64,000 nucleotides of DNA from Bacilli bacterium. GTDB taxonomy: Bacteria > Bacillota_I > Bacilli_A > RFN20 > CAG-826. Each line of letters opens with the position of its first letter. The stretch's first letter is position 1. The stretch is from positions 15,854 through 79,853 of the forward strand of contig JBGUMU010000034.1 in assembly GCA_045116995.1 (NCBI GenBank). Reading direction: 5' to 3'. Under the pieces are notes generated by a model. The model had not been told where the DNA came from, ran no database searches, and saw nothing but the letters and a program-made list of their open reading frames with translations. Shown piece by piece: positions 23,480 to 31,693 of the stretch. Both the position numbers and the translations under genes were made by a program.

Positions 23480-25007
23480 AGGTCGATTAACTGCAGTTAT
23501 CATTACTGGTATCCTTCTCATCGTCGCCTTTGTCCTCGCGGGTATGGCGATGATTGGTCATGTCTTCGGTGATAACACCCCATTAGCGAATATCATGAAC
23601 GCTTCAGCCATTGGTATGACTGTTTTATTCGTTAGTAGTGTTTATCTTTTAGTTAGTAATCTTTCCATGATTAAGACTTTACAAGATGATAACGAATATA
23701 ACTTAGGTGTTAGAAGTGCCTTTAATAACATGTATGCCTTCCAAAAACGTGTGGAAGTCCTTTCTAGATTAAATAAAATCACCAAGAGACAAGAACACAT
23801 TATCGCCTTTACATTCTCCTCTCTTGTTGTTTCTCAAAACGTTAATAGAAACCATGAAATCTATTTAATCAACAATCACATCGCTAACTTCTTAAATGAT
23901 TTACCAACAAAGATTAACGCTAAGAAGAGAGACTTTGTTTATGCCTTCTCTCGTGGTTCTTTCTTAATCTACTGTGCAAAACAAAATGAACAATCCATTC
24001 AAAACATCTGCGAAATCATCGCTAAAGATATTTATGACTTTGGTGAACAAAACTGCCGTCATATCTGGGTCCAACCATTCTTCGGTGTCACCCGTGTCTA
24101 TGATAGTGAACTTTTAACTCACCAAATTGAAAACGCATTATTAGCTAGAGATAATTCTGAAAGAAACTTTGAAACAGTCACTTATTATCAAGAAACATTC
24201 CGTAAAAGTGTGGCCGCTAACGACATTGAAGAATTAACTCAAGCTTTAGAAAATAAAGAATTCGTTGTCTACTATCAACCAAAGTTTGACTTAGCTAAAA
24301 GACAATTTATTTCTTCAGAAGCTTTAATTAGATGGAACTCCAAGAAGTACGGCTTATTAGCGCCTACTAAGTTCTTAAATAAAGCCGAAGCTATTGGTTT
24401 AATCCATGATATTGATATCTATGTCTTAAGACAAGTTTGTGAAGATTTAAATGAACTTATTAGAAGAGGTAGAAGAGTCTTACCAGTCTCCGTTAACTTC
24501 TCCTTATATGAATTCTATAGTGCGAACTTCTTAGATACCATCATGGGTATCTTAGATGAATTCCATGTTCCAACAAATTTAATTGAAATTGAAATTACAG
24601 AAGCGACATCACAAGCTAACCAATTCTTATCCATCTCCATTATTAAGAAACTTAAAGAAAACGGTATTCGAGTCTTAATGGATGACTTTGGTATTGGTTT
24701 CTCTAACGTCGGTAACTTAAAGAAGATTCCATTCGACGTTGTTAAGATTGATAAATCATTTATTGATGGCATTGTTAACGACACTAAATCACGTGAAATC
24801 GTGAGATTCTTAATTGGTCTTTGTAAGATCAACGGTATGGAAGTCGTTGCCGAAGGTGTTGATAACAAAGAACAAGTTGAAATATTAAAGAAGGCGAAGT
24901 GCGATACAATTCAAGGTTTCTATTATTCTGAAGCTCTTGAAAAGAAAGCTTTCGAAAGATTCTTAGATAATAACCCATTTGAAAAGAAGGAGGGCGTTAA
25001 AGCATGA
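23466..25007 (+). CDS. Membrane-bound EAL-domain c-di-GMP phosphodiesterase with degenerate GGDEF-like middle domain
   Basis: Two N-terminal TMs. The EAL set appears complete: YYQPKF, SEALIRW, SVNFS, EIEITE, MDDFGIGFSN, VKIDKSF, VAEGVD, IQGFYYS. The GGDEF position reads SRGSF. ATG 23466 (AAAGGAG RBS) overlaps the sipW end by 14 nt. Confidence 0.85.
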   Translation: MKTSRGRLTAVIITGILLIVAFVLAGMAMIGHVFGDNTPLANIMNASAIGMTVLFVSSVYLLVSNLSMIKTLQDDNEYNLGVRSAFNNMYAFQKRVEVLSRLNKITKRQEHIIAFTFSSLVVSQNVNRNHEIYLINNHIANFLNDLPTKINAKKRDFVYAFSRGSFLIYCAKQNEQSIQNICEIIAKDIYDFGEQNCRHIWVQPFFGVTRVYDSELLTHQIENALLARDNSERNFETVTYYQETFRKSVAANDIEELTQALENKEFVVYYQPKFDLAKRQFISSEALIRWNSKKYGLLAPTKFLNKAEAIGLIHDIDIYVLRQVCEDLNELIRRGRRVLPVSVNFSLYEFYSANFLDTIMGILDEFHVPTNLIEIEITEATSQANQFLSISIIKKLKENGIRVLMDDFGIGFSNVGNLKKIPFDVVKIDKSFIDGIVNDTKSREIVRFLIGLCKINGMEVVAEGVDNKEQVEILKKAKCDTIQGFYYSEALEKKAFERFLDNNPFEKKEGVKA

Positions 25008-25747
25008 TCATGATTATTGGTAGCCAACATGATGATATCCTCTATTTCGAAAGTGTTATCACTAACAAAAGAGAAGAACTCATCATGGGCAAATTCAAAG
25101 TGACCATTGGTACCATCTTTAACCAAGCGGTCATGTTAGTGGATCAAGTTAAATCTAACTACTTAAGTAGCGCTCTTACTTTATATTTGATTGAAAAATA
25201 CTTCGTCATCCTTGTTTTAGTGGTGGGCCGTTGTGTGGCTTACACGAAAGACTTAAAACCATTAGACATCGTTATCTCTAAGCATGTCGTCTTAGGGGAC
25301 GTTGACCAAGTTAATGAAGATAACGTTAAATACGGACAAATCCCAGGCTTTGAACAAGTCTTTGATGCCTCTGAAGACGTTGTCTCCTATATTGAAAGTG
25401 CTTTTGAAAAGAGAACATACTCTGTCTTTAAAGAAGCTAACTTCATTTCCACATCTGTGGACTACCATAAGAAAGAACAAATCTATGATATCCATGAATT
25501 TGATCATATCTTAGGCTATGACACTAATGTGGTCTTTGACACCAATACCGGTGGTGTTGCTGTCGCTTGTAACTTAACTAAAGTGCCTTTCGTCTCGATT
25601 AAAGTCGTGGAAAGATACTTAGAAAAGAATAGTGATGTCAATACATACTTAAAAGCGATGAAAGAATATGTGAATATCGGTAAAGCTGTTGTTACCTGTA
25701 TCGGTGATATTGGCCGTAACGAAATCATCACAGAAGGAGGTAAGTAA
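25004..25747 (+). CDS. MTA/SAH-nucleosidase (PNP_UDP_1) homologue with degenerate active site
   Basis: Collinear with E. coli MtnN: MIMIIGSQHDD vs MKIGIIGAMEEE; LKPLDIVIS vs LKVGDIVVS; KYGQIPGFEQVF vs EYGQLPGCPAGF; VPFVSIKVVERY vs VPFVVVRAISDV. The catalytic or ligand positions (E12, SGIGK, TGSAGG, EME, SD197) read D, QVKSN, VGRCVA, DTN, VE. The ATGA overlap with the upstream stop is at 25004-25007. Confidence 0.6.
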   Translation: MIMIIGSQHDDILYFESVITNKREELIMGKFKVTIGTIFNQAVMLVDQVKSNYLSSALTLYLIEKYFVILVLVVGRCVAYTKDLKPLDIVISKHVVLGDVDQVNEDNVKYGQIPGFEQVFDASEDVVSYIESAFEKRTYSVFKEANFISTSVDYHKKEQIYDIHEFDHILGYDTNVVFDTNTGGVAVACNLTKVPFVSIKVVERYLEKNSDVNTYLKAMKEYVNIGKAVVTCIGDIGRNEIITEGGK

Positions 25748-25748
25748 T

Positions 25749-28700
25749 ATGGCATTCTATAATAGAAACCGTTCCATTAAAATCTTCTTCCGTTTCGTCA
25801 CAATTTTCCCAATTGTGTTCCTTAACGTTTTAGTCATTGTGATGACACTTTTAACATTCTTCTATGCAAGAACTGATAACTTCGCTTTCTTCTTAGCGAT
25901 TCTCATCTTCGGTGGTGTAATGATTATCTTATATATCGTTCAAACCGTCTACATCATGACGCAGTTTAGAAAGGTCTTTATTAATGGTCTTTATGGTGTC
26001 ACTGTTTCTAACTTTGAAAATATCGCTAGAAATGAAAATGACTTCCGTGAATATCCAAGTAAGCAATACATTGAAATCAACGCTTTAAACGAACACGTTG
26101 ATACATTAAGAAAGAGCCTATTAGGCGCGACCATTATTCCAAGCAACAATGACTTTGATGATATTGAATTAGATTATATCGATAAGGAAAAGAACCTTAT
26201 TACTTTTGAATCTTTCAAAAGAGAATTAGAAAACATCATCTTCAAATCCCAAAACTATCGTAACATCATCATCGAAACATATTATGAATTTGAAGAAGAA
26301 GGCTTAACCAAAAAGAATATCGACTATGTCCTTAAAGTCTTAAAAGATAACTTCTTTGATTATGAAAGCCCATTATATGTCCTTGGTGAAGACAATAAGA
26401 GTGTTTATCTCTACTTACCAAGAATTGATTCTTTAAGCAAAATTAGAGAACAATTAGAAACATGTATGAGAAGTGCTTCTATTTCTAAACGTTTAACTGA
26501 AGGTATTACTCCATTAACCGCACATTTCTCTGTGGTCTGTTACCCATATAGTGACGTTCCAGAATTAATCCCAGACTTACGTTATGCAAAACGTCAAGGT
26601 AACGATATTTTCTTCTATTTACCAAACCGTTTAAATACTTTAAAGAACAATGCGATCTTAAGATATTCCACAAACCTTAACTCTATGAGTAAAATCATCG
26701 CTCCATTATCCACGATGAGGTTTGGTTCTGCTTACACTAAGGAAAATACTAAGATTATCCAAGAGACAATTAAAACCACCGCCCAATACTTTGGTATCAA
26801 CTATGCAGGTATCATCGCTTTAGATGCGGTTAATAAACGTTATGTCATCGCTTATCAAGCAAATGATGACGAAATCAACCCATTAAGTCACGATGGCACT
26901 GTGAACCAGGCTTTAATTAGCATTATGGACGAAACTAAGGACGATAATGGTTCTTACTACTTCTCAATCAGGAATCACGCAAATAACGCCCTAGGACGTC
27001 ATTTAGACCGCATTGGCCTTGAAAGTGGTTTCTATTACGTCATTAAGAGTAATGATGTAGTGCAAGGTGTCATTTATTTCTTTAATAAAAATAAAGAGCT
27101 TAAGTTCGATTCTTATATCCAAGAATCCATGTTAATGCTTTGTACAAGAATTAGCTCCTTCTTAATTAGTGAGAAGAGAGACGTTGAAATCGAAAGCTCA
27201 TTTGATGAAATCGACGCCATTCTTAAAGTTGCTGACTTCTCGACATACCGTGTCAGTGCGGATGACTTCACTTTATTAAATGGTTCTCAAACCATGAAGA
27301 ACTTATTCCCTGAGATTAAATATGGTGAAAAGTGCTATAAGACAATGTATGGCTTAGATGCCCCTTGTAAAGACTGCCCACTTCTCACTGGTAATAAGAA
27401 AATGGTGAAGTATGGACGTGATAACTATGAGACATCATTGTTATTATCTGACCACCATAACATTTATCGTGTTTTATCCATTAAGAATATCTACTCCCAT
27501 AAATCACATGGTCGTTATAACCAAGATCTTCTCATCAACAGTTTCCATACCCTTATTGAAAACTTAGAAGATATCTATGCGATGAATGGTAAAGGTTACT
27601 TATTATTACTTAGAATCGATAACTTAGAACAACTCGTTGAAGAACATGGTTCTGAAGGCACAATTACAATTCTTCGTGACTTCTCTAAACGTGTTAAAAA
27701 AGCCCACCGTGGTTTAGAAAATATCTATTACTACACTAACCAATTCTTAGCGATGCTATTCTACGAATATGGTCAAACTGACATCTTAGATGAATGTGAA
27801 AAGATCTACGCTATCGCTAAAAACGTTGATAAGTCTGCTGACTATGTTTTAGATATCACCTTCTTACCAGTCAGTTATCCTCGTGTTTATCCAAATGCCA
27901 CAAGCTTAATTAAACAAGCCGATGTCTTCTCCACAAGAGGTCATTATGATGTAAATAAAGACTTCATCTATTTCGATGAAAGTAACTATTCAAGAAGTGC
28001 TAATAGAGAAGAATACATTCTTTCTATTATTAAGAAAGCCTTCAGTGATAAGACATACGAAATCAACTTACAACCAATGGTTAATGCTGGTGATAAGCAA
28101 ATCTATGGTGCGGAATTACTTTTACGTATTTCTGATGATTATCGTAATGTCGCAATGCGTACTGATGAAGTCGTTAATGTCGCGGCGAAACACAATCAAA
28201 TTGGTATTATTTCTCACGCCCTTCTTGATTTCACCGCTTCCTTATATAAGGAATATGGTGCGATGTTCTTCTCATCTTTAGGCTTTAGAAGATTTGGTCT
28301 TAATACTGACTATTCCTTCTTTACCGATAAGAACTTCGCTAAAGATATTAAAAAGTATATTGAAAGTCTTAAACTTCCAAAGCACTTCATCGCTTTCGAA
28401 ATTCCTGAAAACGATGTCTCTACCCATATCGATGAATTTAAGCAAATTGGTAAAGTGCTTAGAGATCTCAATATCGTCTTAGTGTGTGACCAATATACTG
28501 GCCGTTATATCTCCGTTGAAATCTTAAAAGAAATCGGTTTCGATGAAGTGAAGATTTCTCGTAACCTTGTCAATCACATCGATAGTGATAACCAACGCTA
28601 TAACGCCTTAAAAGCTTTATTACAATTAATCCGTCGTTTCAACATGAAAGCTTCTATCGTCGGTGTTGAAAACATTGACCAATACTTACTCATTAAAGAA

Positions 28701-28814
28701 GCTGATGCTGATGTCTTACTACAAGGCTTCTACTTCTTCCGTCCATTAGAAAAGCAAGCTTTAATTGAAGCCTTAAGAGGAACGAATAAATATAAGAAAG
28801 CTGATGAAGAATAA
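25749..28814 (+). CDS. Large membrane-anchored signalling protein: two degenerate GGDEF-like domains, a GAF-like segment, a Cys motif, and a C-terminal degenerate EAL domain (probable c-di-GMP receptor)
   Basis: Two N-terminal TMs. The first GGDEF-like block has GEDNK in the signature position. The second is YLLLLRIDNLEQLVEEHGSEGTITILRDFSKRV...YYTNQFLAMLF. CYKTMYGLDAPCKDCP is C-x11-C-x2-C. The EAL-like end reads LQPMV, GAELLLR, CDQYTGRY (for DDFGTGYS), VKISR (for KID), VGVEN (for EGVE), LQGFYF. ATG 25749 (GGAGG RBS) is preferred over the 25689 extension. Confidence 0.7.
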   Translation: MAFYNRNRSIKIFFRFVTIFPIVFLNVLVIVMTLLTFFYARTDNFAFFLAILIFGGVMIILYIVQTVYIMTQFRKVFINGLYGVTVSNFENIARNENDFREYPSKQYIEINALNEHVDTLRKSLLGATIIPSNNDFDDIELDYIDKEKNLITFESFKRELENIIFKSQNYRNIIIETYYEFEEEGLTKKNIDYVLKVLKDNFFDYESPLYVLGEDNKSVYLYLPRIDSLSKIREQLETCMRSASISKRLTEGITPLTAHFSVVCYPYSDVPELIPDLRYAKRQGNDIFFYLPNRLNTLKNNAILRYSTNLNSMSKIIAPLSTMRFGSAYTKENTKIIQETIKTTAQYFGINYAGIIALDAVNKRYVIAYQANDDEINPLSHDGTVNQALISIMDETKDDNGSYYFSIRNHANNALGRHLDRIGLESGFYYVIKSNDVVQGVIYFFNKNKELKFDSYIQESMLMLCTRISSFLISEKRDVEIESSFDEIDAILKVADFSTYRVSADDFTLLNGSQTMKNLFPEIKYGEKCYKTMYGLDAPCKDCPLLTGNKKMVKYGRDNYETSLLLSDHHNIYRVLSIKNIYSHKSHGRYNQDLLINSFHTLIENLEDIYAMNGKGYLLLLRIDNLEQLVEEHGSEGTITILRDFSKRVKKAHRGLENIYYYTNQFLAMLFYEYGQTDILDECEKIYAIAKNVDKSADYVLDITFLPVSYPRVYPNATSLIKQADVFSTRGHYDVNKDFIYFDESNYSRSANREEYILSIIKKAFSDKTYEINLQPMVNAGDKQIYGAELLLRISDDYRNVAMRTDEVVNVAAKHNQIGIISHALLDFTASLYKEYGAMFFSSLGFRRFGLNTDYSFFTDKNFAKDIKKYIESLKLPKHFIAFEIPENDVSTHIDEFKQIGKVLRDLNIVLVCDQYTGRYISVEILKEIGFDEVKISRNLVNHIDSDNQRYNALKALLQLIRRFNMKASIVGVENIDQYLLIKEADADVLLQGFYFFRPLEKQALIEALRGTNKYKKADEE

Positions 28815-28824
28815 ATAATCTTCA

Positions 28825-30201
28825 TTAGCCAATTAAGAAATCTTCTTCTACGAAGCGATATTTGCTTTGGTCATCAAAGCGCATTTTGCTACCCAATAAT
28901 TGTAAGAATGTAATTGGGCCTAATCGACCAATAAACATCAAAAGAATAATAATGATCTTGCTACCATAGCTTAAGTGTGGAGTGACACCCGCACTGACAC
29001 CAACAGTACCGAAAGCGGAGAATACTTCATACGCTAAGGCACTGGCTTTTGTGCTTTCTAAGCCCAAGGCTTGTACATCCATCTTAGCCTCAAAGGCATA
29101 AACACCAATAAAGCTTAAGAAGATAACAGCGACACCAAGAATAACTAAGGACATCGCTTTAACGATAACTTCGTTAGAATATCTTCTATGGAAGGAAGTA
29201 ACCTTACGTCCAGTTAAATAGCAAATCATAGCGAGTACGATAATATACAAAGTAGTGGTCTTAACGCCACCAGCGGTACCTAATGGGTTACCACCGAAGA
29301 ACATTAAGAAACAAGAGAAGACTTTATTTACAACACTTAACTTATCTTGGTCTAAAGTCGCAAAGCCTGCGGTTCTACATGTCACAGATTGGAATAAAGC
29401 GTCAAACGGACGTTGGAATCCTTGACCCATCCAGAACACAAAGAAACCAGTGATAATTAAAGTACCTGTCATCAATAAAGAAATCTTAGTGAAAACACGT
29501 AATTGTGAGAAATTGCGTTTCGCAAAGATATCCATAACCACAAGGAATGAAATGCCACCTAATACGATAAGCACCATGATATAGGAGCATAAATAGTAAT
29601 AGGCCCAATTTGGTAATGAATCAATGAAACCACCGTTACCTCTAATAAGAGAAGCGTTCCCAAATAAATCGAATCCAGCGTTGTTATAAGAAGAAATAGA
29701 AGTGAATAATGAGTTCCATAAGCCACTTCCAACATTTTCAGAATATTGAAGGAAGACAGGTAAACCTAAAAGGAAACCAATTAATTCGCAAGAGAAGGAG
29801 ATTAAGATAATCTTTCTTACGAAAGTGGTGACCTGCGCCATATCTTCATTGTTAACCATTAAGGAAATGAATAAACGATCTTTAAATTGTAATTTACGGT
29901 TAAAGATAGTGAAGACGAATGTAAAGATAGTAATGAATCCTAAACCACCAACTTGGATGAGGAGTAATAAAATTAGTTGACCCGCAAATGTTAATTCAGT
30001 AGCAATACCTTGATGGAAACAGTTAAGACCAGTCACACAAGTGGCGGATGTTGCCAAGAATAAGCAATCAATGTAATTACCATAGTCATTGGCGGTTCTA
30101 GAGAATGGGAACATTAAAAGAACTGAGCCAATCAAGATGATAATGACAAATGAAAGAATAACGAGTAAGTATGGATTCAAACGTTTCTTTTGATTGTTCA
30201 T
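28825..30201 (-). CDS. TrkH/KtrB-family potassium uptake permease
   Basis: Repeated M-P-M pore-loop signatures (ATSATCVTGL, SSYNNAGFD, VTCRTAGFA, SAFGTVGVSAG). Polytopic. The start may be ATG 30201 or TTG 30237. Confidence 0.85.
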   Translation of the reverse strand: MNNQKKRLNPYLLVILSFVIIILIGSVLLMFPFSRTANDYGNYIDCLFLATSATCVTGLNCFHQGIATELTFAGQLILLLLIQVGGLGFITIFTFVFTIFNRKLQFKDRLFISLMVNNEDMAQVTTFVRKIILISFSCELIGFLLGLPVFLQYSENVGSGLWNSLFTSISSYNNAGFDLFGNASLIRGNGGFIDSLPNWAYYYLCSYIMVLIVLGGISFLVVMDIFAKRNFSQLRVFTKISLLMTGTLIITGFFVFWMGQGFQRPFDALFQSVTCRTAGFATLDQDKLSVVNKVFSCFLMFFGGNPLGTAGGVKTTTLYIIVLAMICYLTGRKVTSFHRRYSNEVIVKAMSLVILGVAVIFLSFIGVYAFEAKMDVQALGLESTKASALAYEVFSAFGTVGVSAGVTPHLSYGSKIIIILLMFIGRLGPITFLQLLGSKMRFDDQSKYRFVEEDFLIG

Positions 30202-30261
30202 ACCGATAGGTATACGCCTTTTGTAAAAAAATAGCAAGTTTTTACGCTTGCTATTATTTTT

Positions 30262-31629
30262 TTAGTAAGTTGGCCAGGTTCGGTTATGTTTGAACCAATC
30301 TGACTCTTTTAAGATAACGGAATTGTTACTGCCTGTAACAACATATTCAGTACCAGCTTGGCAGTGGAAATTGATATTACCATTTAATGATTTATAGCCC
30401 TTATCATCATCCGCGACAACAGTGGTGACATAGACTTTATCAGTATATTTTGCAATACGGTTAACTGTGGCTTGAGCAGGGAATGTATTATCAGGATTTG
30501 TAGTATATTCAGTACTACCAGCACAGCAGCAGACACAAACGGTCTTTGGCTTAATAACGCTTAGAAGTACATCAGTATTTGCGGTATAACTACCGTGGTG
30601 ACCACCTTTAAAGAGTTCACATTCAGGTAGGTTATTGAGTTCCACTAAGGAAGCCTCCCCTTTTTCCTCTAAATCACCAGTTAATAAGTAGTGGTTATCA
30701 CCTTGAGTGAATAAGGTACAAACGGAGTAATCATTTTCATCACTTGTCTTTTCGTGATAGAACTTTTGATCAAGGATTTCCATGGTAATACCAGCGGCAA
30801 TATCATAGACCTTAGAAGCACCATTAGTTTGATTAACACAATCCGCAGCGGTGTAGTGATGAGAAATATTGCCGTTAGCGACTTGTTCATCTCTTAATGA
30901 GACATAGTTCTTATAAACAGCGGCATCAGAATTGCTATAAACAAAGTCAATCAATGTATCAATCCTATAGTGTTTTAAGATACCTTCCGCTGAATTGGTA
31001 CCCACAAAACCTGCGATGTGGTCTTGGTGAGCGTGAGTAGCGATAACGTATTCAAGAACGCCATCATCACAGTAAGTATCAATAAATTCACTAATAGTAG
31101 AGGCGCTACCGTTTCTACTACCAGCGTCGATTAAGATATCGGTGTCACCAGCTTTAATAAAGGTGGAGTCGCCTGTGTATTTATTACCTAATTCTAAGAA
31201 GTTAATATCAATGGCTTCGACATCAGTAATGGTGATCTTTCTTTCTAATTCACCAGAGAACTTCTGATAATCTAGTTTGTATTTGGCGGTATATGTGACT
31301 TTTTCTTCAGTGGAGACACTGCTTTTTAATTCACTATTTAAGTAGTATTCAATCTTCACTTCATCATGGATATCTTTACCGTTATAGGTAGCTTTAACAC
31401 CTTGTTCTTTGTATTTAGCACCAACACCAACGTTAACTTGTTCTTTGCCCACTAAAGCAAAGACGACTTTTGGGAACATATTGATATAAACAAAGTATCC
31501 AGCGGCACCAAGGCCTACTAAAAGAACAAGGATAATAACTAAAGCAATAAATCCTTTTGGATTCTTCTTAGCCATCTTCTTTCCTTGCTTGATTATTTTA
31601 CTAGTCGTGGATTTCTTTCTTGTCGCCAT
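30262..31629 (-). CDS. Membrane-anchored extracytoplasmic MBL-fold metallohydrolase (ComEC C-terminal-domain-like)
   Basis: N-terminal TM. DILIDAGS, then ATHAHQDHIAG (HxHxDH), then GGHHGS. An unusual Cys run, CVCCCAGS, is present. Confidence 0.8.
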   Translation of the reverse strand: MATRKKSTTSKIIKQGKKMAKKNPKGFIALVIILVLLVGLGAAGYFVYINMFPKVVFALVGKEQVNVGVGAKYKEQGVKATYNGKDIHDEVKIEYYLNSELKSSVSTEEKVTYTAKYKLDYQKFSGELERKITITDVEAIDINFLELGNKYTGDSTFIKAGDTDILIDAGSRNGSASTISEFIDTYCDDGVLEYVIATHAHQDHIAGFVGTNSAEGILKHYRIDTLIDFVYSNSDAAVYKNYVSLRDEQVANGNISHHYTAADCVNQTNGASKVYDIAAGITMEILDQKFYHEKTSDENDYSVCTLFTQGDNHYLLTGDLEEKGEASLVELNNLPECELFKGGHHGSYTANTDVLLSVIKPKTVCVCCCAGSTEYTTNPDNTFPAQATVNRIAKYTDKVYVTTVVADDDKGYKSLNGNINFHCQAGTEYVVTGSNNSVILKESDWFKHNRTWPTY

Positions 31630-31693
31630 ATGTAATACCCCTCTCTTTCATTATATGAAAAGATAGTATCTAAGATAAAGAAAAAGAGTGATG

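Noticed and set aside
25689-25748. Upstream extension of the 1041-aa ORF overlapping the MTAN-like gene by 59 nt (similar N-terminal extensions occur at 12229, 33570, 46964, 52098 and 62758)
   Set aside because: In each case an internal ATG preceded by a good Shine-Dalgarno sequence gives a sensible N-terminus (signal peptide, lipobox, P-loop or HTH). The extensions read through RBS or intergenic sequence.
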